A stretch of DNA of 42,813 bases. It comes from a virus (Duplodnaviria; Caudoviricetes). The stretch is taken from the IMG/VR virus record IMGVR_UViG_3300037307_000101, positions 1-42,813 of that record. One strand, given 5' to 3'. The notes under the pieces are model-generated. The model worked only from the letters and a program-made list of their open reading frames with translations. It made no database searches and had not been told where the DNA came from. This document shows, piece after piece, positions 17,807 to 27,971 of the stretch; within the stretch, counting starts at the first letter, position 1, and each line of letters begins with the position of its first letter. Made by a program: the position numbers and the translations under genes.

Positions 17807-18199
17807 ATGAAAATCTTCAAGCATGTGCCGGCCGCCCACGACCAGGGCGACCTCGGCGAAATATTGGCCGCCGCCGAACTCGGAATGCGGATCGAGCAAC
17901 ATCTCCTCGATCCTCGCAACCCGTTCAGCATGTTCCTCGATCGTGCGCGCGAGGAATTCATTGCGGCAACTCTCTCACTCCTCGATGCCGACCTCGCCAC
18001 CAGTGCCGGCATCGAACAGGCAAGAAGCCTGCAGGCCAAAGCCCAACGCTACCAGACCATGTGCGCGTGGATTTCCGACGCCATGGAAGAGCGTGAAAGC
18101 GCGGTCCAAGCCATCGACGGCGAAGAGGAGGAGGAGGCCGTCGAGCAATTGAAAGATCAGATCTATGGAATTCGAGCAAAACCAGCTCCCGACGTCTAA
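17807..18199 (+). CDS. Hypothetical head-assembly region protein
   Basis: Helical acidic protein just upstream of the scaffold. Confidence 0.65.
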   Translation: MKIFKHVPAAHDQGDLGEILAAAELGMRIEQHLLDPRNPFSMFLDRAREEFIAATLSLLDADLATSAGIEQARSLQAKAQRYQTMCAWISDAMEERESAVQAIDGEEEEEAVEQLKDQIYGIRAKPAPDV

Positions 18200-19454
18200 G
18201 CCCGTCGACATTCCGGCTGAACAGCCGACGTTCGACGATGGCGGACAGAACGCCCCTATGCCAACCCCGGCACCGCCTCCGGCTGCACAGCAGCAGGAGG
18301 AGGACCCCGACCGCGAGTCCGCCGTCTGGAAGGACGACAAGCGGGCTGCCATCTTCGCCCGCGCCAAGGAAAGCCGGGCGCAGGACGCGGAGCCCTTTTC
18401 GGGTGATCCGAACGACCCCGCCGCCCGCTATGGCACGGATGTCGACACCAGCGACATGGGCGATCTCGAGATCGAGGCGCTGCGTCGCCGTCAGGAATTC
18501 TTGGCTGAACAGGGCCAGCAGCAGGCGCCCAAGCCGCTCAACGGCATGGACCCGGCCCTTCTATCGCAGGCCGTCCGCGTCAAGGTGGATGGCGAAGAGC
18601 ACGAAGTCTCCATCGAGGAGCTGACGCGCAACTATCAGATCGGTCTGGCTGCAGACAAGCGCCTCGAACAGGCAAAGGCGCTTCTGCAGGCGACCCAGCA
18701 GTTTCAGCGTAACCAGCCTCAACCGGGCCAGTACGCTGAATATTCCGAGCCGCAGGAACAGGATGACGCGGCCAGACACCCCGATGATGTCCACGACCAC
18801 GGCCACACCAGCCGCAGGAAGACAGACTTCAAGGACCTGGTCGAGAAGATCCAGTTGGGTACGCCCGACGAGGCGTTGGAGGCCTTGGACACGTTCGTGT
18901 CTGCAGCCGTCAACAAGCAAGCCCCGGTCGACGAAACGACCCGCGTTCTTACCGCTCTTGAAGACCATAACTCGACGCAGGCAGTTCGTGCTTTCGGAGA
19001 GAAGAACCCGCAGCTTGTCAACAATCCGGCACTGCAGGCCGAAGCGACACAGCACATCTACCGTGGAATGGCCGAAGACCTTCTTCGCGCCGGTTACACG
19101 GTCGATCAGCTGAGAGAAGTCGCTCCGGACCCGCGGAGCCTGACGCAGCTCCACAAAGAGGCGCGCATCAGCCGCCTCAAGGGAGTGCGCCCGGTGTCGG
19201 ATCTTCTGAGCGCCGGATACCAAGGCGCCATCAACAATCTGCGCTCGATCTTCGATCAGGCCGCCCCGGCAGTCGCGCCCAACCAGGCACCGACATTGAG
19301 CCAGCGCCAGCAACGGAAAGAAAGCCTGCAGCCTCAACCGGCCGCGCGTCGGTTGTCACCCGGACTCACAGCGCCGTCTCAGTCGCGCTCGATTGACCAA
19401 TCGAGGCAAGCGGCTGTGCAGCGCATGCGGCAGTCACGAGGACAGCCGAACTAG
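18165..19454 (+). CDS. Capsid scaffolding protein
   Basis: Acidic disordered N-terminus, VRVKVDGEEHEVSIEELTRNYQ motif, directly upstream of the major capsid gene. Confidence 0.75.
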   Translation: MEFEQNQLPTSKPVDIPAEQPTFDDGGQNAPMPTPAPPPAAQQQEEDPDRESAVWKDDKRAAIFARAKESRAQDAEPFSGDPNDPAARYGTDVDTSDMGDLEIEALRRRQEFLAEQGQQQAPKPLNGMDPALLSQAVRVKVDGEEHEVSIEELTRNYQIGLAADKRLEQAKALLQATQQFQRNQPQPGQYAEYSEPQEQDDAARHPDDVHDHGHTSRRKTDFKDLVEKIQLGTPDEALEALDTFVSAAVNKQAPVDETTRVLTALEDHNSTQAVRAFGEKNPQLVNNPALQAEATQHIYRGMAEDLLRAGYTVDQLREVAPDPRSLTQLHKEARISRLKGVRPVSDLLSAGYQGAINNLRSIFDQAAPAVAPNQAPTLSQRQQRKESLQPQPAARRLSPGLTAPSQSRSIDQSRQAAVQRMRQSRGQPN

Positions 19455-19499
19455 ACGCGGTCATCACCGCAAAAATCTAGTTCAAGAAGGAATATCACA

Positions 19500-20492
19500 A
19501 TGGCAGGCCAAATGTGGTCGGTCGCAGCGGAGGGAGGATATCTCTACGCTGACGAAATGAGCGACTATCTTCGCATTCAAGTGCAGCCGCTCTGCAAGTT
19601 CCGTCAGTTCTGCGATGCAGAAGACGGAACGCAGAAGGGCCTTGGGCGCGGAGAAATCTTCAACTGGGATATTGTATCAAATGTTTCTAGGCAGGGCCGC
19701 CGTCTCAATGAGACGGACCCGATGCCGGAAACCAATGTTACGATTTCCCAGGGATCGCTCACTGTGACTGAGTGGGGCAACAGCGTGCCGTTCACCGGCA
19801 AGCTCGAGGCTCTTGCGAAACACAAGATCCAGAACATCATCGACAAGGCACTCAAGCACGACGCCCGCAAGGCGTTCGACGCGGAAGCCTTCCTGCAGTT
19901 CGACACGACTCCGCTGCGCGTGGCTCCCACGGGCGGCAACTCCGCGACTGCCGTCACGCTGACCACCAACGGCGCAACGGCCACGACCAACAACCTCGCG
20001 CTCGGCACTGGCCACATCAAGGCCATTTCCGACACGGCGAAGGAGCGGAACATTCCTCCGTATGAGGGTGATGCCTACTTCTCCATCTCTCACCCGACGA
20101 CCTTCCGTGGCCTGAAGAACTCTCTCGAGAGCATTCACCAGTACACGCAGGACGGTCTGCAGATGATCCGCTTCGGCGAGATCGGACGCTACGAGGACAC
20201 GCGGTTCATCGAGCAGAACAACGTGCCCAAGGGTGGCGCGAACGACTCCACGACGTTCGACGTCTGGGACAACGTCGCCGATCCATGGAACAACGGTCTA
20301 TCAAGCTGGATGTTCTACTTCGGCGCCGACACTGTCACCGAGGCGATCTGCATTCCCGAGGAAATCCGCGCGAAGCTGCCGGGCGACTACGGTCGTTCCA
20401 AGGGCATCGCGTGGTACGCCCTGGGCGGCTTTGGCCTCATCCACACCGCCGAGACCAACGCTCGCGTCATCAAGTGGGACAGCGCGGCCTGA
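19500..20492 (+). CDS. Major capsid protein
   Basis: 330 aa after the scaffold with AAGGA RBS. TEWGNSV, IHP-like SHPT, GEIGRYEDTRFIE and DYGRSKGIAWY fit an HK97-fold capsid (N4-gp56-like family). Followed by a terminator. Confidence 0.88.
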   Translation: MAGQMWSVAAEGGYLYADEMSDYLRIQVQPLCKFRQFCDAEDGTQKGLGRGEIFNWDIVSNVSRQGRRLNETDPMPETNVTISQGSLTVTEWGNSVPFTGKLEALAKHKIQNIIDKALKHDARKAFDAEAFLQFDTTPLRVAPTGGNSATAVTLTTNGATATTNNLALGTGHIKAISDTAKERNIPPYEGDAYFSISHPTTFRGLKNSLESIHQYTQDGLQMIRFGEIGRYEDTRFIEQNNVPKGGANDSTTFDVWDNVADPWNNGLSSWMFYFGADTVTEAICIPEEIRAKLPGDYGRSKGIAWYALGGFGLIHTAETNARVIKWDSAA

Positions 20493-20514
20493 TCTTGGCT
20501 GCGCCACGATAGCG

Positions 20515-20543
20515 AGCCTCGCCAATCCCGGCGGGGCTTTTTT
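20515..20543 (+). terminator. Intrinsic terminator after major capsid gene
   Basis: AGCCTCGCC-loop-GGCGGGGCT followed by a T run. Confidence 0.8.
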
Positions 20544-20578
20544 GCATTCAACCATTCTTCTCACGAGGGAGAAATCTT

Positions 20579-20980
20579 ATGCGTATGCACTATAGCTTCG
20601 GCCAGCACGACTTCGGCGCTGGTTCGGAAACCTTCTGGATCATGGGTCCGAAGGACCGTAAGGGCAAGCTCGTCGACTACGGCATTCACCATGTCACGGA
20701 GACGTTCACCAACACCACAACGCCCGGCTATGTGTCCGTTGGCTCCGCTGCCGACGCGGATGCTTACGGAGAGGAGCTGGATCTTGGAACGACTGCTGCC
20801 GACGTCGGCTCCAAGTCCGTCCGCACGACCGCCGATGCCGAAGATATCGAGGACTACATTCTTGATGCCGGCCTGTCCCTCCCAGCCGACACGAAGGTTG
20901 GGCTTGTCTGCACCGCGCCCACGGGCGGCACCCCCGCAGGCATTGCCCAGGTCTTCATGATTATCGATTGGGAAGACTGA
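20579..20980 (+). CDS. Putative capsid decoration / minor head protein
   Basis: 133-aa beta-rich acidic protein right after the capsid gene; GAGGGAG RBS. Confidence 0.55.
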   Translation: MRMHYSFGQHDFGAGSETFWIMGPKDRKGKLVDYGIHHVTETFTNTTTPGYVSVGSAADADAYGEELDLGTTAADVGSKSVRTTADAEDIEDYILDAGLSLPADTKVGLVCTAPTGGTPAGIAQVFMIIDWED

Positions 20981-20983
20981 GCC

Positions 20984-21190
20984 ATGCGGGGCCGCTGCAA
21001 CCACGACCTCATCATCGAGGCGCCGCTCAACGGCAAGCCCGAGCCCAGCAGGATGCCTGATTCTGTCAAGGGCGACCGTGAACAGCTTGCGGCGGGCTAC
21101 GCCACGCTCGATCAGGCAAGCACGGGCGAATACAGCGACAAGGAGCGCCGCGGACTTTCCCGCGACGCCAACTACCCGCGCCGCTACTGA
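20984..21190 (+). CDS. Small hypothetical protein
   Basis: Operon position and GC3 bias. Confidence 0.5.
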   Translation: MRGRCNHDLIIEAPLNGKPEPSRMPDSVKGDREQLAAGYATLDQASTGEYSDKERRGLSRDANYPRRY

Positions 21191-21231
21191 CGGCAGCGCG
21201 GAATTCAACCCCCTAGAGAGGAGCATCCACC

Positions 21232-21426
21232 ATGGATGTGATGAAAAAGAACCACGGAACGGTGAAGTCCAGCGCGGGCGGCACCAAGTTCATGGAGGCC
21301 TACGGCAAGGACGATTCCGACTATGCCGGTTCGGCCTCCAAGGAGCGCGGCGGCAGCATGGGCGGCGGTATCAACAACCTCGCTCACTCGCTGACGAACA
21401 CCTCCGCCAACCAGAAGGGCTCCTAA
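21232..21426 (+). CDS. Small Gly/Ser-rich hypothetical protein
   Basis: GAGGAG RBS and GC3 bias. Confidence 0.65.
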   Translation: MDVMKKNHGTVKSSAGGTKFMEAYGKDDSDYAGSASKERGGSMGGGINNLAHSLTNTSANQKGS

Positions 21427-21441
21427 GCCCCTCTGTTCATG

Positions 21442-21474
21442 GCCGGGCGCGGTTTCCCTATGGCTGCGCCCGGC
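21442..21474. other. Intergenic GC-rich hairpin
   Basis: GCCGGGCGC / GCGCCCGGC inverted repeat with no U tract. Confidence 0.55.
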
Positions 21475-21497
21475 TCCTCCTCCACTTCAACCGAGAC

Positions 21498-21905
21498 ATG
21501 AAACCAATGTACGGAAAACCCTTCAATCCGAAGCGCGAGTTTGGCACCATCATGGGCGATACCCGTTTCCATTTCGAGCAGGACGGCCAGCTCTACAACG
21601 CACTCAAGCAGCCGGTCGACGTGAATGGCGCGCTGATGCCCATTCCGCCCATGGCTGAGCCAGCAACAAAAAAGGAGCCCGCACCCCCGTCGCCTCCGCC
21701 CGAAGACCCCAGCGCCGACATGACCGATGATGACCGGCCCTTCGATCTCCTTGCATGGGCCAATGACGATCCCGCCCTCAAGGCCACGCCCTGGGCCAAG
21801 ATCCTTGCGGAGACGGCGCGCATCATCGATGACACGAGCTCGATCAACTCCAAGACCGCCGCGCGCAAGGCAATCCTCGCCTTCTACGCGGGCCAGCAGT
21901 CGTAA
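21498..21905 (+). CDS. Hypothetical protein
   Basis: Two small domains joined by a Pro-rich linker; start at ATG 21498 or 21507. Confidence 0.6.
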   Translation: MKPMYGKPFNPKREFGTIMGDTRFHFEQDGQLYNALKQPVDVNGALMPIPPMAEPATKKEPAPPSPPPEDPSADMTDDDRPFDLLAWANDDPALKATPWAKILAETARIIDDTSSINSKTAARKAILAFYAGQQS

Positions 21906-21923
21906 GCAGGCAGGACCTCCGCC

Positions 21924-22568
21924 ATGCCCATGAATTACACAACGCTCGTCGGGACCAAGGACACGCTGGGCTCGATCAAGTATTGGGTGCGGCATTCGGA
22001 GGTTCCTTCCGACTACGTCCTCGAGCGCGCGCAGGATGCCATCTTCCAGCTTCTGCGGGTCCGCGAAATGCTGACCAAGCTGGACGACACCATTGCGACG
22101 GACGACACCACGATTGCCATTCCGACGGACATGCTCGAGCCGATCTATCTGGGCCGCCGCGGCGACTACAAGGGCAAGATCGTCATCCTTGACCAGGAGC
22201 ATTTCGAGAGCCGGGTAGGCGACGATCCCGACGCAAGCAACGACCCCTATTCGGGCGTGCCGACGGAGTGCACCTTCGATCAGAGCCTGTTCTATCTCAA
22301 TGCCAAGGCCGATCAGGATTACCCCTATCGCCTCTGGTACATGCAAAAGCCCGAGTTTCTGTCAGGCTCGAACGAGACCAACTTCCTCACCACGCGCTAC
22401 GGCAATATCCTCGAGGCCATGTGCAAGCACTACGCCTATGCCCACCGCGAGAACGAGGGACAGGCCGCAACGGAGCTTGAGAAGGCAACCGGCTTCATCG
22501 CAAAGGCCAACGACGAGTTCGATATGTTCAAGCAGTCGATCCAGACCGAAATGTATTGGAGCCGATAA
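21924..22568 (+). CDS. Head-tail adaptor (tail tubular protein A-like)
   Basis: MNYTTL...I..W...AQ..I...LRVREM and ETNFLTTRY..IL motifs; size and position fit. Confidence 0.7.
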   Translation: MPMNYTTLVGTKDTLGSIKYWVRHSEVPSDYVLERAQDAIFQLLRVREMLTKLDDTIATDDTTIAIPTDMLEPIYLGRRGDYKGKIVILDQEHFESRVGDDPDASNDPYSGVPTECTFDQSLFYLNAKADQDYPYRLWYMQKPEFLSGSNETNFLTTRYGNILEAMCKHYAYAHRENEGQAATELEKATGFIAKANDEFDMFKQSIQTEMYWSR

Positions 22569-23882
22569 ATGGCGACCACCACCTATCTCGAGCTCGACGA
22601 CCAGGCAACCGGCGCCAACAGCAACACCTGGGGCGACGTGGCCGACGCAAACATGGCCATCATCGAGCAGGCCATCGCGCGCTATGTCGACATTGCGACG
22701 ACCGGCGGAACGACGATCCTCACCAGCGCGCAGAACCGCTACCCCATCATCCGCGTGACCGGTGCACTGGTGTCGAATGCGACCATTCAGGTCCGCACGG
22801 CAGAGAAGAACTGGATCGTCATCAACGCCACCACTGGCGCTTATACCCTCACCGTGAAGACGTCGGCAGGCACCGGCAAGACCATTCCGCGCGGACGCGC
22901 AGTCACCGTCTACTGCGACGGCACCAACGTCGAGCTCGTGCGATCGCCGATCATCCCCACCGCACAAGCGGGCGGCACCGTCGACGCCATTACCGCCACG
23001 TTCGAGCCTGCCTTCACGGCGGCGGAACTGGTCGATGGCACTATCTTCATGGTCGAGGCCGCGGGCGCCAACACCTCGACGACGCCGACATTTGCACCCG
23101 ACGGCAACACCGCCCGCACGATCACCAAGTTTGGCGGCCAGGCGTTGGTCGCTGGCGACATTCGCGCGGCTGGCCACAAGTGCCTGTTTATGTATGACGA
23201 GTCGAGCACGCGCTACGAGCTTCTGAACCCGTCCGACGCAGTAGGTCTTAATCCCCAATTCACTACCATCGAGATTGGACATGCGTCGGATACGACGTTG
23301 TCACGGGCCAGCGCGGGCCGCATTGCCGTAGAGGGCGTCGAGGTTGCCCTGTCAACCGATGTTGTAGGCCAGCAGACTATATGGGTGCCTGCCGGAGCAA
23401 TGGTTGCCCGCACTACCAATGGTGCCGCATCTGGATCATTTGAAACCACAACCAACGACGTCATGCTGAAATACTTGGCTTTTGACGCATCCACAAAGGA
23501 AGGCGCACAGTTCGGCATCCAGATGCCAAAGGGCTGGGACGAAGGCACCCTAATTGCCCAGTTTGTCTGGACCCATCCATCCACCACCACAAACTTCGGC
23601 GTCTCATGGGAGCTTGCAGCCGTAGCCTTCGCTAACGATGACGCAGCCGATACCGCCTTCGGTACGCTGCAGGAAATTGACGACACCGGAGGCACCACCT
23701 ACGACATCTACATTTCGGACGAGACTCCCGCCATCACGGTAGCAGGCTCTCCGGGTGCCGAAGAGTACGTCATTTTCCAAGTGACACGCGATCCCGCCGA
23801 TGCCGGAGATACCATGGCCGTCGATGCCTGGCTGCTCGGAGTGAAAATTCACTACACCACCAATGCCGCCAAGGATGACTAA
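22569..23882 (+). CDS. Tail fibre protein
   Basis: N-terminal LEL..QATG.NSNTWG...N attachment motif; T/A/G-rich modular body. Confidence 0.7.
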   Translation: MATTTYLELDDQATGANSNTWGDVADANMAIIEQAIARYVDIATTGGTTILTSAQNRYPIIRVTGALVSNATIQVRTAEKNWIVINATTGAYTLTVKTSAGTGKTIPRGRAVTVYCDGTNVELVRSPIIPTAQAGGTVDAITATFEPAFTAAELVDGTIFMVEAAGANTSTTPTFAPDGNTARTITKFGGQALVAGDIRAAGHKCLFMYDESSTRYELLNPSDAVGLNPQFTTIEIGHASDTTLSRASAGRIAVEGVEVALSTDVVGQQTIWVPAGAMVARTTNGAASGSFETTTNDVMLKYLAFDASTKEGAQFGIQMPKGWDEGTLIAQFVWTHPSTTTNFGVSWELAAVAFANDDAADTAFGTLQEIDDTGGTTYDIYISDETPAITVAGSPGAEEYVIFQVTRDPADAGDTMAVDAWLLGVKIHYTTNAAKDD

Positions 23883-23884
23883 TC

Positions 23885-24622
23885 ATGCTTGAGGTAATGC
23901 AGCTTGTTGGTTTTGGCGATGGTGCGGGGCGTGGCACCATTCAGTACGTTGGCGGAGCTACGGCCCGAAAGTCTGGCACAACCAGCGGCACGAGCACAAT
24001 CCCTATCGACGCAGGCTTGACGGGAGGTATTGCATCGGCGGCTCAGTCTGGCGATTTTGTAATTGGATTTTTCGCGTGCGGAAACAGCACCACCCCCACC
24101 CTTTCAATTACTGACGGGTCCTCTGATTACACTCCGGTCACTGGCCAGATTGCCGCGAGTGATACGGCTGATACCGATCTATATGCGGCCTACAAGCGCA
24201 TAACGTCGGACACCGATGTTTACTTTGGGCACACCGCAAGTGTCGAAAATGCCGCCGCTATGGCAGTCATGGTTTTTCGCGGGGTCGATGCAACGACACC
24301 TCTGGATGTCGCCGTCGTCACAGCCACCGGAACCAGCGATGGCAACGCAAACCCCGGCAGCATAACCCCAGCAACCAATGGGGCTGTTATAGTAGCGGTT
24401 GGTGCAGCCGCTGACGTTGGCGTTGTCGATTACGATACATTTACCAGTTCAGACCTCACTGATTTCCTAACGATTAGTAAAGACGACACCTACGGCATTA
24501 TTATTGGTGTGGGCTATTACCAGTGGATATCTGGCGCTTTTGACCCGGCAGCGTTCAATGTGACGTATGACAGTGCTAGCGACTCTTGGGCCGCAATCAC
24601 ATTCGCGTTGCGCCCGGCATAG
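23885..24622 (+). CDS. Fibre-associated beta-sandwich protein (possible receptor-binding module)
   Basis: VMVFRGVDATTPLDV...NPGSITPATNGA. Visibly lower GC3 than neighbours, as for a variable host-range module. Confidence 0.55.
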   Translation: MLEVMQLVGFGDGAGRGTIQYVGGATARKSGTTSGTSTIPIDAGLTGGIASAAQSGDFVIGFFACGNSTTPTLSITDGSSDYTPVTGQIAASDTADTDLYAAYKRITSDTDVYFGHTASVENAAAMAVMVFRGVDATTPLDVAVVTATGTSDGNANPGSITPATNGAVIVAVGAAADVGVVDYDTFTSSDLTDFLTISKDDTYGIIIGVGYYQWISGAFDPAAFNVTYDSASDSWAAITFALRPA

Positions 24623-24641
24623 ATAGAAAGGGAAATCAATC

Positions 24642-25061
24642 ATGGCAGAATTTGCCCTCATCATCGCAGGCCAGTTCAAGGAAATCCGTCAATATGCGGA
24701 GCAGCCCGTCGACATCCCACACAAGCAAGTCGCGTGGCTTCCGGTCCTCAGGGAGTACGGCACTCCCTTCACCGGCATCGAGAATGGCAACTGGGTGATC
24801 CGCACCGTGGACCCGGCGACGCTACCTCCGCCTGTCCCAGGCACCATCACATCCCTCCAGTTCCGCCGCGAGGTGAAGGCCCGCAACAAGACGGCACAGA
24901 TGAAAACGTGGCTCGAAACGGCGAGCGAGGACGTACAGCTTTATTTCGAGTTCACTGACCGGCTGCGCACCATCGACCCGGAGTTCATCGAGTTCGCGGC
25001 TCTTGTCGGCCTGACCCCGGAACAAGTCGATACGTTCTTTGTCGCGGCGGCGCAGCGATAG
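24642..25061 (+). CDS. Tail fibre assembly/chaperone-like protein
   Basis: ITSLQFR...LGLT-like VGLTPEQVDTFFVAAA ending, typical of genes following fibres. Confidence 0.6.
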   Translation: MAEFALIIAGQFKEIRQYAEQPVDIPHKQVAWLPVLREYGTPFTGIENGNWVIRTVDPATLPPPVPGTITSLQFRREVKARNKTAQMKTWLETASEDVQLYFEFTDRLRTIDPEFIEFAALVGLTPEQVDTFFVAAAQR

Positions 25062-25070
25062 GACGACACC

Positions 25071-26864
25071 ATGCCATCGCCCCGCAAAATCCCGCTCCCC
25101 ATCGCCACGGGCATCGTCCTCAATCGCACCGACTACGAGGCTCAGGGCCGCTACATCGACAGCCAATGGATCAGGTTCGTCGACGGCCAGCCAGAGAAGA
25201 TTGGCGGCTTCGAGCAGTGGAACGAGCCGGGCGACGAACTCACCGGGCGCTGCCGCTCGATCCTCTGCTGGCAGGACTTCAACTATAACATCTGGCACGC
25301 CTTTGGTTGCCATGATCGGCTCGTCGCCTTCGACCAGGACAAGGTCAAGACCAACATCACGCCCTATGTCGAGACGGGCACGCTGGCAAACCCGTTCACG
25401 ACGACCAGCGGATCTGCCATCGTCAATGTGAGCGATACCGCTCACGGCCTCGTCATCGGCCAGTATGTGAATTTCTCGGGCGCTTCCGCCGTCGGCGGCA
25501 TCACCATCGACGGCGAATATGATGTCACGTCCGTCGTCGACGCCAATAACTACACCATCACGCACTCGGTCGCGGCTGGTTCAAGCGCGGGACCAGGTGG
25601 TGGCGCTTCGGTCGCCTTCTCCTACGAGCTCGCCGCCGGCAACATTAACGTGACCAATGGCGGCGGCTGGGGCATCGGGCGCTGGGGCGAGGACACATGG
25701 GGTACCGAGCGGTCCTCTACTACCTACATCCAGTTTCCGCGCCTTTGGTCCCTCGACCAGTACGGCCAGTACCTCCTCGCCATGCCATCGGGTGGCGGCC
25801 TCTACCAGTGGGACGTCAACCCCTCGAACCGGGCCGCTCTGGTGACAAACGCGCCAGCGACCGGCCTCTATATGTTCGTGACCTCCGAGCGCATGGTTGT
25901 CGTGCTGGGCGCCGACGGCGACTTCATGGAGATGAAGTGGTGCGACGATGACGACAATACCGTCTGGACACCCGCCGACAGCAACACCGCCAACATTCGC
26001 AGGCTGCAGGAGGGAAGCCGCCTGATGGCGGGCACGCGCCTCGTGCAGCAAGTCAACCTCGTGTGGAGCGACACGGCCATCTACCTCATGCAATTCGTGC
26101 CGACGAACACCGTCTATTCGATCCGCATGATCGCCAAGACGTGTGGCCTGATCGGGCCGCAGGCGTTCTGTGTCGCGGATGGCGTGGCGTTCTGGATGAG
26201 CTCGAACACGTTCTATATGTACTCGGGCCAGCTCCAGGAGATTCCGCGCTACGAGGAAATTGAGCCGATCTTTGACGAAATCAACAACGATCAGCGGTTC
26301 AAGATCACCTGTTACTACAACCCAATCCACCGCGAAGTGTGGTGGCTCTATCCGTCGGGCACCAGCCAGGAGCCCGACCGCTATGTGTTCGTCAGCCTGA
26401 AAACGTGGGACTGGCACACCGGCACCTTCGACCGGACGGCCTTCGGCCTTCGCAATCCGCTTGGCCAGTATGTTCTGCTGGCAACCGACGCAAGCGGCGT
26501 GATCTACCAGCACGAGACGGGCGTCGACGCCGACGGGATCGCGCAGGACTGGTATCTCGAGAGCGGCTTCATGGACATCGAGAACGGGAATTCCGGCCTC
26601 AACATCGACGGCTATGTGCCCGATTTCTTCCGCCGCTCGGGAACGGTCGACATCACCTTTACCTCGCGCGACTTGCCCGAGGACACGACTTCACAGGAAA
26701 CGGTGACCAAGCAGATCGCGGAAGGCGACACCATTGTCGACGTTCGTCACTTCGGCCGTCAGTCCAAGGTCAAGCTCTCGCAGACCGATGTTGTCGGCGG
26801 TGACTTCCGCCTGGGTGCGCACCAGCTCGAGGTGACGGGCACGCCTACGAAGAGGAATGACTAA
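25071..26864 (+). CDS. Tail nozzle / packaged-DNA stabilisation protein (tail tubular B / P22 gp10-like)
   Basis: 597 aa with beta-propeller-like aromatic periodicity (IRFVDGQPEKIGG, EVWWLYPS) and an inserted small beta domain (NPFTTTSGS...HGL). Confidence 0.75.
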   Translation: MPSPRKIPLPIATGIVLNRTDYEAQGRYIDSQWIRFVDGQPEKIGGFEQWNEPGDELTGRCRSILCWQDFNYNIWHAFGCHDRLVAFDQDKVKTNITPYVETGTLANPFTTTSGSAIVNVSDTAHGLVIGQYVNFSGASAVGGITIDGEYDVTSVVDANNYTITHSVAAGSSAGPGGGASVAFSYELAAGNINVTNGGGWGIGRWGEDTWGTERSSTTYIQFPRLWSLDQYGQYLLAMPSGGGLYQWDVNPSNRAALVTNAPATGLYMFVTSERMVVVLGADGDFMEMKWCDDDDNTVWTPADSNTANIRRLQEGSRLMAGTRLVQQVNLVWSDTAIYLMQFVPTNTVYSIRMIAKTCGLIGPQAFCVADGVAFWMSSNTFYMYSGQLQEIPRYEEIEPIFDEINNDQRFKITCYYNPIHREVWWLYPSGTSQEPDRYVFVSLKTWDWHTGTFDRTAFGLRNPLGQYVLLATDASGVIYQHETGVDADGIAQDWYLESGFMDIENGNSGLNIDGYVPDFFRRSGTVDITFTSRDLPEDTTSQETVTKQIAEGDTIVDVRHFGRQSKVKLSQTDVVGGDFRLGAHQLEVTGTPTKRND

Positions 26865-27118
26865 TGCGCGAGGTCACACTTGGCCAACCCGGCGTCAGCG
26901 ATGCCGAAGCATGGAAGAAGTGGGTGGAGCGCGCACTCAACGAGATCGAGCTTGCCTCGCAGGAAGACGTGGCGATGATCGCCAGTGACTTCACCGTCTC
27001 GAATTACACCGCCACCCGGACGCTGAATGCCGGAACGGCCACCCTAGCCGACATTGCCAACGTGCTCTGCACCCTGATTTCGGATCTGCAGAACCGTGGA
27101 TCGAAGAGGAGCCAGTAA
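26864..27118 (+). CDS. Small tail-associated protein
   Basis: TAATG overlap with the nozzle gene. Confidence 0.6.
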   Translation: MREVTLGQPGVSDAEAWKKWVERALNEIELASQEDVAMIASDFTVSNYTATRTLNAGTATLADIANVLCTLISDLQNRGSKRSQ

Positions 27119-27119
27119 T

Positions 27120-27932
27120 ATGTTTGGATTGGATTCGTATATTGCGGGCCTGATGGGCTCGGGCGGATCGGGCACGCCGTCGTCATCCACCTCGCGGATC
27201 TCGTGGAGAGACAGGAATTGGTCCACGAACACAGGGGCACCGCGTTTCAATACGTCGAAATGGGGCAGCGGCAGCTTTGGCGGTTCTCGAGGATATACCG
27301 GGTCCACTGGCTCCACGGGGTCCACGGGGTCCGCCGGTTCTGGCAGCAACACTCCACCGCCGGGCTTCTCCGCGAAGGATTGGGCCAAGCTGCTCGACAT
27401 GAGCAAGAACAACACCACGCTGGCCAATCTCATCAAGCAGTTCACCGGCTCGCTTGGCACACCCACGGGCTCGCAGGACTGGCGCCGCCAGATGCCAGCC
27501 GACTCAACGCAGCTTCTCCGTCAGCTTTCTTACAATGCGGGCGAAATGGGCATGCCGGGCGGCTATGTGGGCGGCGTCCAGATGCCATCCTACCAGACCG
27601 GCGGCCCGCAGCTTCCGGCCATTAATAACCCCAACATGGCGACCTACGGCCAGCAGCCGGGCTATGGCGAAGCGACGTTCTATCAGCAGTCGATGAAGGG
27701 GGGCATGGCGCCGATTGCGGCCATGTCCCCGCTTGGTGTTCCGGAAGGCTGGAACCCGGGCGGCAGCAGCTCTTCCGATCTCAAGTCACAACTTGACGAC
27801 TACCTCAAGAAAATGGGCTCGTCCGGTTCGTCTAGTGGTGGCAGCGGCCCCGGCGGCAACGGAACATGGTTCTTGCCGGCTGGCGGCGATCCGAACGACT
27901 CCTCCGCTTGGCGGCGCGTCAGGCCGAAGTAA
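27120..27932 (+). CDS. Gly/Ser-rich putative ejection (internal virion) protein
   Basis: GAGGAG RBS; low complexity with GST repeats. Confidence 0.55.
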   Translation: MFGLDSYIAGLMGSGGSGTPSSSTSRISWRDRNWSTNTGAPRFNTSKWGSGSFGGSRGYTGSTGSTGSTGSAGSGSNTPPPGFSAKDWAKLLDMSKNNTTLANLIKQFTGSLGTPTGSQDWRRQMPADSTQLLRQLSYNAGEMGMPGGYVGGVQMPSYQTGGPQLPAINNPNMATYGQQPGYGEATFYQQSMKGGMAPIAAMSPLGVPEGWNPGGSSSSDLKSQLDDYLKKMGSSGSSSGGSGPGGNGTWFLPAGGDPNDSSAWRRVRPK

Positions 27933-27971
27933 CTCACCCCTCATTGCAGACCTGAACAGAAGGGACCAGCC

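Noticed and set aside
27297-27335. 9-nt tandem repeats, and PPT repeats near 17595-17630, as CRISPR-like or contingency loci
   Set aside because: They are in-frame low-complexity peptide repeats without spacers.
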